Below, piece by piece: positions 9,519 through 18,743 of a stretch of DNA of 64,000 nucleotides; within the stretch, counting starts at the first letter, position 1; the number at the start of each line of letters is the position of its first letter. Origin of the DNA: Candidatus Latescibacterota bacterium (GTDB taxonomy: Bacteria; Latescibacterota; UBA2968; UBA8231); assembly GCA_965219385.1 (NCBI GenBank), contig CBDCNM010000002.1, forward strand, positions 3,420,305-3,484,304, written 5' to 3'. The notes under the pieces were generated by a model, which was given only the letters and a program-made list of their open reading frames with translations, searched no databases and was not told the origin of the DNA. Position numbers and translations under genes: made by a program.

Positions 9519-9899
9519 ATGTCCGAACTGAGCGTTGTAGAAATGGTGACTGCCAGCGGGCCCGAGGGGCCCCTGCCCGATATGCCGATCGATGCCGAGT
9601 TGATCACCGCCGGCAATCCCGTAGCCCGCGGCGCCATCCTGAACCAGTCGGCTGACAGGACCCTTTCCAGCGGCCTGTGGACCTGCGAGCCTGGCGAGTT
9701 CGACTGGGCCTATACCTGGGACGAGTTCGTCTACATCTTTGCAGGCGAGGTTACCATCACGGAAGAGGGCGGCAAGAGCTATACTGTGGGCCCGGGTGAT
9801 ATGGCCCATTTTCCACTCGGCTTGAAGGCCCACTGGCGCGTAGTGAAAGCAGTACGCAAGTTTTTCGTGCTCAAGACCCCCGAGCCGCTGGAGTTGTAA
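9519..9899 (+). CDS. Cupin (EutQ/DUF861-like) protein
   Basis: SGLWTCEPGEF, DEFVYIFAGEV, GPGD..FPLG..WRV..VRKF. Confidence 0.85.
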   Translation: MSELSVVEMVTASGPEGPLPDMPIDAELITAGNPVARGAILNQSADRTLSSGLWTCEPGEFDWAYTWDEFVYIFAGEVTITEEGGKSYTVGPGDMAHFPLGLKAHWRVVKAVRKFFVLKTPEPLEL

Positions 9900-11462
9900 C
9901 TATCTCTCGATTTCGGGCCAGGGGTGGCGCTGGGGGTCGAGCAGGCGGCTCGGAGCGAAGTAGGATTCGGGATAGTCGTCCTCTTCGTGGGTGAGGCCGA
10001 GGATGCGGTTGGCGACGCAGCGCCCGCCGTTGAACGAGACGCCGCTGCCCGAGCCGCACATGCCGCCGATGATGTACTGGCCTTTGCCGTCGACCAGGCC
10101 GACGACGGGAAACTCGTCGGGAGTATAGCCGACCGTGCCACTCCACTCGTTGGTCAAGTTCAGCTGGTAGGGACCGAAATTCTTTTTCATCTCTCCGGCG
10201 ATGTACTTGGTGAGAAAACGCGAGGGGTGGTTGCGCCCGGCCTCGTGGTCGGGCAGACGGGAGCCGCCCGAGCCGAACAGCACCTTCTTGCCGTAGCGGC
10301 CGGCGAAAAACCAGGAGCCGCTGATGCCGATGTGCGGTTTCATGTTTTCGGGGCCGCCGTCGCCGCAGGCGGCCTGTTCCTGCATCGGCAGGATGGCGTC
10401 GTGGAAGTATTGCAGCAGCCGGGGGGTGTAGGATTCGGTGGCGTAGACCACATGGCGCGCCTGGAGCGCCCCGCGGCTGGTGTGGACCAGGTAGTGTCCG
10501 CCCTGGTCCTCCACCCGTTCGACCTGGGTCCGGGTGTATAATTCAACGGTCGGCTCGCGCAGCGCCGCCCCGAGCAGGCACCAGACCCACTTGGCCGGGT
10601 GCCACGAGGCCGCGGCCAGGGAAAAGCCAGCGTTGTGCTGGAGCTGAATACCCGACTTTTCAAGGGCCTCTTCAGGCGTGATCTGGGTCCAGTCGTCAAA
10701 GCCGCTTTCCAGGGCCATTTTCACCGATTCCTGCAGGGATTCCTGGCTTTCGGGGTCCTGGCCCTGGACCCAGCCGGCGCGGGCATAATCGCACTCGAAA
10801 CCCTGGTCCTGGATGGTTTTTTCGATCAGATCGGCATTGTGATAGGCGGCGCGACAGTAAGCCGCGGCAAATTGACGGGAGAGTTGCTCGCGCTCGTCCG
10901 CGTTCAGGCCGGGGCGCACCTGGGCCAGGTTTCTGAGCACGGTGTCCCGCACCATCTTGAAGTAGCGGCCCACGACCACCAGGCCCTCGTTGCGGCCGGA
11001 ACTGCCGCTGGCCGGATCGCCCATTTCCAGCACGATCGCGTTGCGCCCGGCCGGGGCTTTCCGCGCCCAGTGGTAGGCCAGGGCCGCGCCCGTAAAACCG
11101 GCGCCGATGACGACGGTGTCGGCCTGGCCGGGCAGCCGGGTTTCGGGTTCTTCTTTCCAGGGGTGATTCGCCAGGGGATTGTCGTCGGTCAACCACATGG
11201 GGGTGGATGAAACCCGCCCCTCGATTTTCAGGTACTGCAGATTCTCGGGTATGGCGATGAACATCTGGTGCAGAGTCCACCCCAGGAAGCGGCACCAGCG
11301 CAGCGCCAAGGGCTGGTCCGGGTAGCGTTTTTTCACGTAGGTGCCGGCGGCCTGGAAGTCGGGTTTGCGCAGGCCCACCACCAGGTCCAGGGCGACCTTC
11401 AAGCGCCGCGGCAGGCCCACCCTGGAGGGGGGGATAGTGGAGGAGTCGGGGGTCGAAGCCAT
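9900..11462 (-). CDS. FAD-dependent oxidoreductase (DAO/PuuB-like) with N-terminal extension
   Basis: IGAGFTG, GSSGRNEG, WSGTVGYTPDEFPVVG, GMCGSG. Confidence 0.88.
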   Translation of the reverse strand: MASTPDSSTIPPSRVGLPRRLKVALDLVVGLRKPDFQAAGTYVKKRYPDQPLALRWCRFLGWTLHQMFIAIPENLQYLKIEGRVSSTPMWLTDDNPLANHPWKEEPETRLPGQADTVVIGAGFTGAALAYHWARKAPAGRNAIVLEMGDPASGSSGRNEGLVVVGRYFKMVRDTVLRNLAQVRPGLNADEREQLSRQFAAAYCRAAYHNADLIEKTIQDQGFECDYARAGWVQGQDPESQESLQESVKMALESGFDDWTQITPEEALEKSGIQLQHNAGFSLAAASWHPAKWVWCLLGAALREPTVELYTRTQVERVEDQGGHYLVHTSRGALQARHVVYATESYTPRLLQYFHDAILPMQEQAACGDGGPENMKPHIGISGSWFFAGRYGKKVLFGSGGSRLPDHEAGRNHPSRFLTKYIAGEMKKNFGPYQLNLTNEWSGTVGYTPDEFPVVGLVDGKGQYIIGGMCGSGSGVSFNGGRCVANRILGLTHEEDDYPESYFAPSRLLDPQRHPWPEIER

Positions 11463-11627
11463 TTTATTTTTTCCTCTGCAAAATGCGGTCCGGGTATTGT
11501 CCCGGCACTCTGGCGCAGCGCGCCCGTCTTGTTATTACGTACGTATTGAGAGGCGCGGCGTCAAGTTCTTTGCGGTGAGAATATTGGCCATTGGACGGCG
11601 TAAAGCGCAGACTGTAAATTGTAGTAT

Positions 11628-11916
11628 CAGTATTTCATTTCACGAAATACCCGTACCTATTTGGCCCTCAAGGCCGGGAGGGGATGTTGCCGGCAGGGCG
11701 GTGGGGGCTGCGAGCCGGCGCAGCAGCAGGGAGGGGGTAGGGGGGGGTGGAGCGGGGAAAAGGGGGCTCTGGGACTCAGGCCTGCCTGGGAGGGTAGGGT
11801 GGGCTGCGAGCCGGCGTAGCAGCGGGAAGAGGGAGCGGGGCAAGAGCGCCTTGGGCCTCATAAAACGCCAGAGGCACAAGCCCCGCACGGTCGCCCGCCG
11901 ATTCCGTGAAGTACTG
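11628..11916 (+). mobile_element. MITE family A, longest copy, with 5-bp target duplication AGTAT
   Basis: Ends CAGTATTTCA(TTTCA)CGAAAT...ATTCCGTGAAGTACTG; AGTAT at 11623-11627 and 11917-11921. Confidence 0.8.
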
Positions 11917-12005
11917 AGTATCGCTTCTAAGATCCGCAGCGCAGGAGGCGCCCGGCCCCAGCCGAAGAATGCGTGAAGTACCGAGTATCAGCAGGAGGAT
12001 AAATT

Positions 12006-13121
12006 ATGTCGACAACCCCAAACGAGCTGAAGGAAGGCACCGCGGAAAGCGCTGGAATGTCCCGGGAAGCCCTCGAACGGGCCGGCGACCTCCTCGCAAG
12101 CGCCATCGAAAACGGACAGATGGGGGCGGCGAGCCTGGTGGTGGGCCGGCGCGGAATCCTGGTCTTTGCGCGAGGCTACGGCCGCCAGTCTCCCGATGCG
12201 GATGCCGCGGCCGTGGAGCCGGACTCGGTATTCCTGCTGGCCTCGATTACCAAGCCGGTCACGGCCTGTGCCCTGATGTTGCTGGTCGAACGGGGACAGG
12301 TCTCGCTCAACGATCCGGTCGCCCAGTACCTGCCGGAGTTTCAAGGCGGGGAACGCGATCAGGTGCAGGTGCGTCATCTGTTGTCACACACCTCGGGCAT
12401 GCCCGATATGTTGCCGCAAAACATCGAGTTGCGCCGCGCCCACGCACCGCTGTGCGAGTTCGTCCGCGGCGCTTTGCAGACCCCTTTGCTCTATACCCCG
12501 AATACCGACTTCAAGTACCAGAGCAAGGGCATCCTGCTGGCCGCCGAGATCGTGGAGCGGATCAGCGGCCAGCGGTTGCGAGACTTCGAAAAGAAAGAGA
12601 TCTTCGATCCCCTGGGCATGAACCGCAGTGCTCTGGGATTGAACGGCTTTGCCATTGCCGATACCGTCTGGTGCGGCATGACCAAACCCGAGTCCGGGGA
12701 CTCGGCGCACTGGGGGCCGAACAGTCCGTACTGGCGGGATATAGGGGCCCCGTGGGGGGGAATGCACAGTTCGGGCCTGGATCTGGCGATCCTGTTGCAG
12801 ACCATGCTGAACGGGGGGGAATACGCCGGCCGACGGATTTTCAGCGCCGCCGCGGTCCGGGCTATGACGACCAACCAGAATCCCACCCTGGCAAACGCGC
12901 CCTGGGGGTTCGGCTGGGCTCTGGCCGGTTCACGGGTGTGGAACTTCTTTGGCGAGCTGGTTACTCCGGGTAGTTTCGGGCACGTAGGTGCTACCGGCAC
13001 CGTGGTCTGGGCCGATCCCGAAAGACAATTGTCGTGCGCGATTCTGACCAATCAGATGGTCGAGGGCGGGAGCTTGCTGCGGCGGGTTTCGAATGCGGTT
13101 GCAGCCGCGGTGAGCGGCTGA
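12006..13121 (+). CDS. Serine hydrolase, beta-lactamase/AmpC-like family
   Basis: FLLASITK (SxxK), LLSHTSG, FKYQS, FGHVGATG. Confidence 0.9.
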   Translation: MSTTPNELKEGTAESAGMSREALERAGDLLASAIENGQMGAASLVVGRRGILVFARGYGRQSPDADAAAVEPDSVFLLASITKPVTACALMLLVERGQVSLNDPVAQYLPEFQGGERDQVQVRHLLSHTSGMPDMLPQNIELRRAHAPLCEFVRGALQTPLLYTPNTDFKYQSKGILLAAEIVERISGQRLRDFEKKEIFDPLGMNRSALGLNGFAIADTVWCGMTKPESGDSAHWGPNSPYWRDIGAPWGGMHSSGLDLAILLQTMLNGGEYAGRRIFSAAAVRAMTTNQNPTLANAPWGFGWALAGSRVWNFFGELVTPGSFGHVGATGTVVWADPERQLSCAILTNQMVEGGSLLRRVSNAVAAAVSG

Positions 13122-13250
13122 GAAGCGAGACCAAGGCCGGTAAAGGGGGCCACAGTGCACATTCTCTGGGTGGAATCCCAGCGCGGTCGGGGGCTACCGG
13201 GTCTGGCGCAAAATGGCACTGGTGGAATAGACTCAGGTTGAAAAGAGATA

Positions 13251-13895
13251 ATGCGTTTGCTGAAGTGGCTTTATCCCGACAGCGATGTACCCATCGGGCG
13301 GGACGACCAGGATCCGGCTGGCCGCCATCTGGGTGACCCCAATGCCATCTGGCGTCTGGGCATGATGCTTTTCCTGGCCTCGTTGACCGTGCTTTTTGCC
13401 GCCGGCGTCGTCGCGTACCTCTTTATTCGTTTGCGCAGTCCCACGGCCCCGCCTCCCGGCCAGATCCAGCTGCCGCTGGGATTGTGGATCTCCACGGCGG
13501 TGCTGCTGGGAGCCGGTTTGACGGTGCACGCCGCCCAACGTAGCGCCCGCCAGGGCAGGATGCATACTGCACAGCGGTGGCTGGGATGGACCTGCGGGCT
13601 CAGTGTGGCCTTTATCATCATCCAGACGCCCAGCATGATGAAACTTCTGGCTACCCACCGGTGGGCCCTGGCCCAGCACCACACCGGGATCTATGGTTTG
13701 ACCTTCGCGCTGATCATCATCCACGCCCTGCACGTGCTGGGTGGTCTGGTGCCGCTGGGTTTTCTGACCTACAAGGCCCTGTACAACCGCCTGGGGCACC
13801 AGCACCAGCCCCTGGTCCGCGCCTGCGCCATTTACTGGCACTTCCTCGAGGTGGTCTGGGTGCTGCTCTTCGGGGTGTTCTTGATTGCGGCGTAA
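13251..13895 (+). CDS. Haem-copper oxidase subunit III-like membrane protein
   Basis: GMMLFLAS, IHALHVLGG, YWHFLEVVW; about five TM helices. Confidence 0.85.
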   Translation: MRLLKWLYPDSDVPIGRDDQDPAGRHLGDPNAIWRLGMMLFLASLTVLFAAGVVAYLFIRLRSPTAPPPGQIQLPLGLWISTAVLLGAGLTVHAAQRSARQGRMHTAQRWLGWTCGLSVAFIIIQTPSMMKLLATHRWALAQHHTGIYGLTFALIIIHALHVLGGLVPLGFLTYKALYNRLGHQHQPLVRACAIYWHFLEVVWVLLFGVFLIAA

Positions 13896-14196
13896 AAATC
13901 CCTGCAAAATAAGATCCGGCTATCCTTCTCCCAAGGTCTTTGTTGCCTAAATCCTAATACATAGACTTAATTCTCCGCACATATAGATGCAGCAAGGATG
14001 GCACGTGGACCAGAACAAGCCTTCTTCTTAAAACCCGTCCGTTTTTCATCGGGCTGATTCTGGGTACCTGTATCGGGGTCGGGGGGGCGAGCCTGGTTTA
14101 TGCGTTTTATTATATATAACTGAGCGCGTGGCCGGCGTGGTCGGCCCTGGGGGGCGACCCTACGGCGGTCCGATTTGGTAGATCTATTGAGATTAT

Positions 14197-14360
14197 CAGT
14201 ACCTCACGAGACACCATAAATATTTGGATCTCAAGGCCGGGAGGGGATGTTGCCGGCAGGGCGGTGGGGGCTGCGAGCCGGCGTAGCAGCGGGAAGGGGA
14301 AGCGGGGCAAGAGCGCCTTGGGCATCGTAAAACGCCAGAGGCACAAGCCCCGCACGGCCG
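14197..14360 (+). mobile_element. MITE family A copy, right end missing
   Basis: CAGTACCTCACGAGA left end, then the same modules as 11628-11916 without the middle block. Confidence 0.78.
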
Positions 14361-14393
14361 TTCGCAACAGACGACAAAAGGAGGATTTGAGTT

Positions 14394-15113
14394 GTGAAAC
14401 TGATCGAGATGCTCCCGGAACAGGTGCGCCAAGCAGTGGAGAAAAACACCCCGGTGGTGCTGGCGGCCGGCGTGATCGAGTACCATGGACCGCACCTGCC
14501 CATAGGCACGGACTTTCTCATCGCCAACAGCATCATCGAGGGAGTGGAAAGTCGCTGCGAAGTAGTGCTGGCGCCGCCGCTGCCCCTGGGGCCGACCGGA
14601 AGCTGGGCCGCCGGTCCCGAGGATGGAGAATTCGATTTTCCGCCCGAGCCGTTTTTTCAGTTTGTCAAAGCCGAACTTCGGGGCCTGCTGGATATGGGGT
14701 TCCGGCGCATCCTGGTACTGCAGCACCACCAGGGGCCGGAAGGGGCACAGTCCCTGTGCATCCGGCGCGCCGCCACCGAATTGGCCATCGAGGACGGGCT
14801 CGCCGAGTCGGGGGGGCACAGCTGGGGCCAGTTGCCTCCCGAAGAGCGGCCCGAGGTCTTCGGGCGCATCCAGGTACTGGCTCCCACCTCCTTTCTCGAA
14901 GGGGAGGAGGCCAATATCCCCTGGGGTCACGCCAGTTTAGGGGAGACCGGCTACATCCTCGGGGTGTATCCCGAGCTGGCGAAGATGGAAAACCTGCCCG
15001 CGGATCCGCAGATCGAATGGCTGCAAAATTCGGGTCAGGCCACCGGCGCGATGGGCGAGAAGTGGTACGAGTTGTGCGTCAACAGCTGGGTCGAGGCCCT
15101 GAAAGGAGAATAG
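14394..15113 (+). CDS. Creatininase family protein
   Basis: GVIEYHGPHLPIGTD, QHHQG, GHASLGET. Confidence 0.85.
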   Translation: MKLIEMLPEQVRQAVEKNTPVVLAAGVIEYHGPHLPIGTDFLIANSIIEGVESRCEVVLAPPLPLGPTGSWAAGPEDGEFDFPPEPFFQFVKAELRGLLDMGFRRILVLQHHQGPEGAQSLCIRRAATELAIEDGLAESGGHSWGQLPPEERPEVFGRIQVLAPTSFLEGEEANIPWGHASLGETGYILGVYPELAKMENLPADPQIEWLQNSGQATGAMGEKWYELCVNSWVEALKGE

Positions 15114-15140
15114 GGCTGCCGCTGGAGAACAAGGTGGCCG

Positions 15141-16034
15141 TTAGCCGCTTTTGGGCAAAGGCGACAAGTGGTTTAGAGGGCCCATCTCCGGGGCCTGGGC
15201 GACCTCCTCGAGCTGGGCCGGACTGGCGGCGCCGCTGGACACGGTGCTGATGCGCGCATCGCCGAGGACGTAGCGGAAGGCGTTTTGCGGCAGGGTGCCG
15301 TTTTCGCTGCGCAATCTTTCGAGTACTTCGAGGGCCTTTTGCCGTCCTTGCTCCCCTTTATCCGCGCGGATATTTTCCAGAGCCTGTTCCTGCTTGGGGC
15401 CATCCACGTACAGGCCTCCGGCCAGCACGGTGGCGGCGATTACGCCCATGTTCTGGGCTGCGGCGGCCGGCAGGAGCTCCGCGGCGGCCTGTTGCGAGCA
15501 CGGGTGGTAGTCGTGGTAGAACAGCACGGTGTCGAACTCCCCGGTCGAAGCCAGACGGGACAGGAGGGGGATGGCGCGGCCGGTGATGCCGATTATTTCA
15601 CACAGGCCCTGTTTTTGGGCTGCGCGCAACCCTTCGAGGGCGCCGCCCTTTTCCGTGATGCGTTCCCAGCCGGCCATGTTGACCTCGTGGATCTGGGCGC
15701 CGTAGAGTCGGGGCAGGCCGAGCCGTTTGAGGCTGCGTTCGAGACTCCACAGCACGGAGTCGCGGCGGTAGTCGAAGTCCTCGGGATCGAAACCTACCTT
15801 GGTCGACAGGTAAAAGGGCCGGGGCTCGCCTTCGAGGGCGTGGCCCAGCAACGCTTCACTGTTGCCGTAGAGGGGAGCCGTGTCAATGTAGTTGATGCCC
15901 AAGTCGAAGGCGCGCTGTACCACTGTGCGGGCGTTTTCCCTAGCGCGGTCCGGATCGTCACCGGCCAGGTAGGCACCGCCCAGGCTGACGGCGCTGACCC
16001 TTGTGCCGGTTCTTCCCAGGGGGCGGTATTGCAT
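15141..16034 (-). CDS. Aldo/keto reductase
   Basis: MQYRPLGRTG, IDTAPLYG, STKVG, SLKRL. Confidence 0.9.
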   Translation of the reverse strand: MQYRPLGRTGTRVSAVSLGGAYLAGDDPDRARENARTVVQRAFDLGINYIDTAPLYGNSEALLGHALEGEPRPFYLSTKVGFDPEDFDYRRDSVLWSLERSLKRLGLPRLYGAQIHEVNMAGWERITEKGGALEGLRAAQKQGLCEIIGITGRAIPLLSRLASTGEFDTVLFYHDYHPCSQQAAAELLPAAAAQNMGVIAATVLAGGLYVDGPKQEQALENIRADKGEQGRQKALEVLERLRSENGTLPQNAFRYVLGDARISTVSSGAASPAQLEEVAQAPEMGPLNHLSPLPKSG

Positions 16035-16181
16035 CAATCTGTTTCTCCTTGAGAAGCCTTCTGAGATGGTTGTGCTGCTCAAGTCTTGCTGGCAAGAAGA
16101 AAGTCGATATCTTTCACAGAGAAGCGGTGGTTATCGGCACCCGGGCCGGAGCGGTTATTTTTGGGGTAATATGAATATTAT

Positions 16182-16247
16182 CAGTACTGCACGAAATACC
16201 GTAAATATTTGGCCCTCCCGGCCAACCGCCGATTCCGTGCAGTACTG
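16182..16247 (+). mobile_element. MITE family A minimal 66-bp copy (both ends)
   Basis: CAGTACTGCACGAAAT...ATTCCGTGCAGTACTG; flanks ATTAT / ATAAT. Confidence 0.78.
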
Positions 16248-16305
16248 ATAATACCCCGGCCGGGTTTGTGCATCTGTTTTGCCGGAGAGAGGATTGGAGA
16301 ACGAC

Positions 16306-17661
16306 ATGGAAGAAAAAGCAGGGTTGAGCACCCAGGATTACACCGACAAAACCCCCGTATCCCGCAGGCTCTACCAGCGCGCCAGAGAGGTCTTTCCCAG
16401 CGGCATCACCCACGATACCCGCTTTCTGCAGCCTCACCCAATCTCGATTGCCCGGGCGAACGGGTCGCGCAAATGGGATGTGGACGGCAACGAGTACATC
16501 GATTACTTCGGCGGCCACGGCGCTCTCCTGCTGGGGCACAACCATCCCGTTGTGGTCGAAGCCGTCGGGAAGCAACTGGAACAGGGAACCCACTATGGTG
16601 GCTCTCACGAACTGGAATTGGAATGGGCCGAGTTGATTGTGGAGATGGTGCCCTGTGCCGAAAAGGTGCGTTTTACCAGCTCGGGTACAGAGGCCAGTCT
16701 CCTGGGGCTGCGCGTGGCCCGGGGCTTCACCGGAAAGAACAAGATCCTGAGATTCGCCAGCCACTTTCACGGCTGGCACGACCAGGTGGCGTTCGGCTCG
16801 GTGTCGCCCTCTGCTGGGACACTCCCTGCCGGCATTACCCCGGAGACCGCGCAAAACATTGTGCTTTGTCCGCCCAACGACCTGCAACAGGTCGAGGAAA
16901 TACTGGCTACCGACGATGATATCGCCGCGGTAATCCTCGAACCCACGGGGGCGACGTTTGGCCACGTGCCGACCTTGGGCGAGTTTCCGGTGGCGTTGAG
17001 AAAACTCACCCGGGAACGCGGCGTCCTGCTGATTTTCGACGAAGTGATTACCGGTTTTCGCGTGGCTCCGGGTGGAGCCCAGGAGTACTACGGAGTGAAA
17101 AGCGACCTGGCGCTGCTGGCCAAAATAGTGGCCGGGGGCTACCCGGGCGGCGCCTTGGTGGGCCGGGCCGACATCATGGATACCATGAGCTTGACGGACG
17201 ATCCGCGGTGGAACGCCGAGCGCCGGATCGCCCACTACGGCACCTTCAATGCCAATCCCATCTCCGCCGCCGCGGGGCTGGCCGCGCTCAAGCTGGTCGC
17301 TACGACGGATGTCGTGCAGCGGGCCAAGCAGAACGGGGCCATGGTGCGCGCTGCTCTAAACCAGGTTGTAAACGAGGCCGGGCTGAACTGGATTGTCTAC
17401 GGGGAGTTTTCCGATTTTCACATCTTTGCCAACCACGAGGATAGAGATATCAGTCTCGAGGATATCTATGCGGGAAGGGTGGATTACTCTGTCCTGAAGG
17501 GAGGAACGCCGCCACCGGTCATCAATAAAATCCGTTCGGGTTTGCTGACCCACGGGGTAGACACCGTCCCCTGGCCTGGAGGGCTGGTTTCCGCGGTGCA
17601 CTCGGGAGCCGATATCGACCAAACGGCCATGGCGTTTAAGGATATGCTGGCTGCTAGCTGA
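16306..17661 (+). CDS. Class III aminotransferase (GSA-aminomutase-like)
   Basis: WDVDGNEYIDY, SSGTEA, FHGWHD, FDEVITGFR, AKIVAGG, GTFNANP. Confidence 0.9.
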   Translation: MEEKAGLSTQDYTDKTPVSRRLYQRAREVFPSGITHDTRFLQPHPISIARANGSRKWDVDGNEYIDYFGGHGALLLGHNHPVVVEAVGKQLEQGTHYGGSHELELEWAELIVEMVPCAEKVRFTSSGTEASLLGLRVARGFTGKNKILRFASHFHGWHDQVAFGSVSPSAGTLPAGITPETAQNIVLCPPNDLQQVEEILATDDDIAAVILEPTGATFGHVPTLGEFPVALRKLTRERGVLLIFDEVITGFRVAPGGAQEYYGVKSDLALLAKIVAGGYPGGALVGRADIMDTMSLTDDPRWNAERRIAHYGTFNANPISAAAGLAALKLVATTDVVQRAKQNGAMVRAALNQVVNEAGLNWIVYGEFSDFHIFANHEDRDISLEDIYAGRVDYSVLKGGTPPPVINKIRSGLLTHGVDTVPWPGGLVSAVHSGADIDQTAMAFKDMLAAS

Positions 17662-17706
17662 TTGTTGCCTCGGGTCCGATACCCCGCGGCCTGCTGCGGG
17701 GAGGAT

Positions 17707-18576
17707 TCATTTTACCATCTCCATGTAATCCGGCCGCACCGGCCAGAACACATCCACCACATCGACGCCTTCGGGACTGATCCGGGCCGCGTGCACCATG
17801 CCGCCCGGTTGCAGAATCACGTCCTTGCAGGCACCGCTCATGGGATGCCACCCTTCGTCTATGCCCTCTTCCATGTTTCCGTTCAAGACCATCATCAACT
17901 GGTCCTCGGGATGAAAGTGGTGCGGAAACGAGGAGTTGCCATCCATTCTTATGAAACTCAGCATGAAATTCTTGCCCCACATCAGGGTGGTATGGGCGGT
18001 CGGCCTGGCAGAGGGGTCTCTTCCTGGCATGAGGATCGGCTTGCGCGGGATATCGCCGCAGCCGTAGACTTTGCCCGGTTCCAGGGACGCTTCAATGCCC
18101 TGATCGGGAAAGGTGACATCATCGTGGAGCAGCACGGTGCCGGCCAGGGCCAGATGGTCCACCAGGACCGGCGAAAACACCTCCATGGCCACCAGGCCAT
18201 CGGGCCCGGCCCGCAGGGAACGGTGCCTGCCTTCGGTGAGATAAAGAAAAGAGCCGCTGCCCAGCTCCAGGGTTTGACCGTCCAGGGTGCAGGTCGCCGA
18301 GCCACTCTGGACGGCGGTGATGAGTTCCCCGCTCAGGGCCTGCTCGGGGTAGACGGCACCGGGGGCCATCTCCAGCCACTCCAGCAGGGTGCCCCGTCCC
18401 CAGGAGACAGAGGCCTTGACCCCCTCGGCGATGTCAATGGAGGGCAAGTCGGCCGAAGCGTAGACCTTGCCGGGTTCCAGCTCTACCTTCACATTCGGCC
18501 GCGGCACGTCGCGCTCGCGGCTTTTCAGACCCCGTCTTTTTATGGATTCGGCGCTGCGTTTTTCCCACGTAGGCAT
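17707..18576 (-). CDS. Bicupin-domain protein
   Basis: Two cupin-like repeats; the second keeps HHFHPEDQ...MVH metal ligands, the first is degenerate. Confidence 0.75.
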   Translation of the reverse strand: MPTWEKRSAESIKRRGLKSRERDVPRPNVKVELEPGKVYASADLPSIDIAEGVKASVSWGRGTLLEWLEMAPGAVYPEQALSGELITAVQSGSATCTLDGQTLELGSGSFLYLTEGRHRSLRAGPDGLVAMEVFSPVLVDHLALAGTVLLHDDVTFPDQGIEASLEPGKVYGCGDIPRKPILMPGRDPSARPTAHTTLMWGKNFMLSFIRMDGNSSFPHHFHPEDQLMMVLNGNMEEGIDEGWHPMSGACKDVILQPGGMVHAARISPEGVDVVDVFWPVRPDYMEMVK

Positions 18577-18594
18577 CTTTACTCCTCCTTCTCT

Positions 18595-18732
18595 TTATTT
18601 ATCCGAACCAGTCGTAGTTGAATCCCAGGCTGCGTCGGGGGTGGGGCGGTCGATGGCGTCGATGCGCGCGGCCGGGTCGTAGAGCAGGCCCATCCAGCCC
18701 AGGCCGATAACGGCACCGCGATATTTTGCCAT
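18595..18732 (-). pseudogene. Internally deleted tandem paralogue of the upstream Gfo/Idh/MocA gene
   Basis: MAKYRGAVIGLGWMGLLYDPAARIDAIDRPTP matches the N-terminus of 18744-19847; SLGFNYDWFG* in another frame matches its C-terminus SLGLEYDWHR*. Confidence 0.85.
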
Positions 18733-18743
18733 GGTGCTTCCTC

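Noticed and set aside
11341..11976. ORFs with recurring peptides such as GKSALGxxKRQR or LCLWRF (also 5814-6167, 5950-6180, 11640-11888, 14110-14367)
   Set aside because: Spurious translations of MITE family A DNA.
12006..13121. Antibiotic-resistance beta-lactamase
   Set aside because: Motifs fit the broad esterase/serine hydrolase family; no signal peptide and nothing specific for beta-lactam hydrolysis.
13990..14120. Short hydrophobic frame (FFIGLILGTCIGVGGASLVYAFYYI*) after the subunit III gene
   Set aside because: No in-frame ATG/GTG start with an RBS found; cannot support it as a gene.
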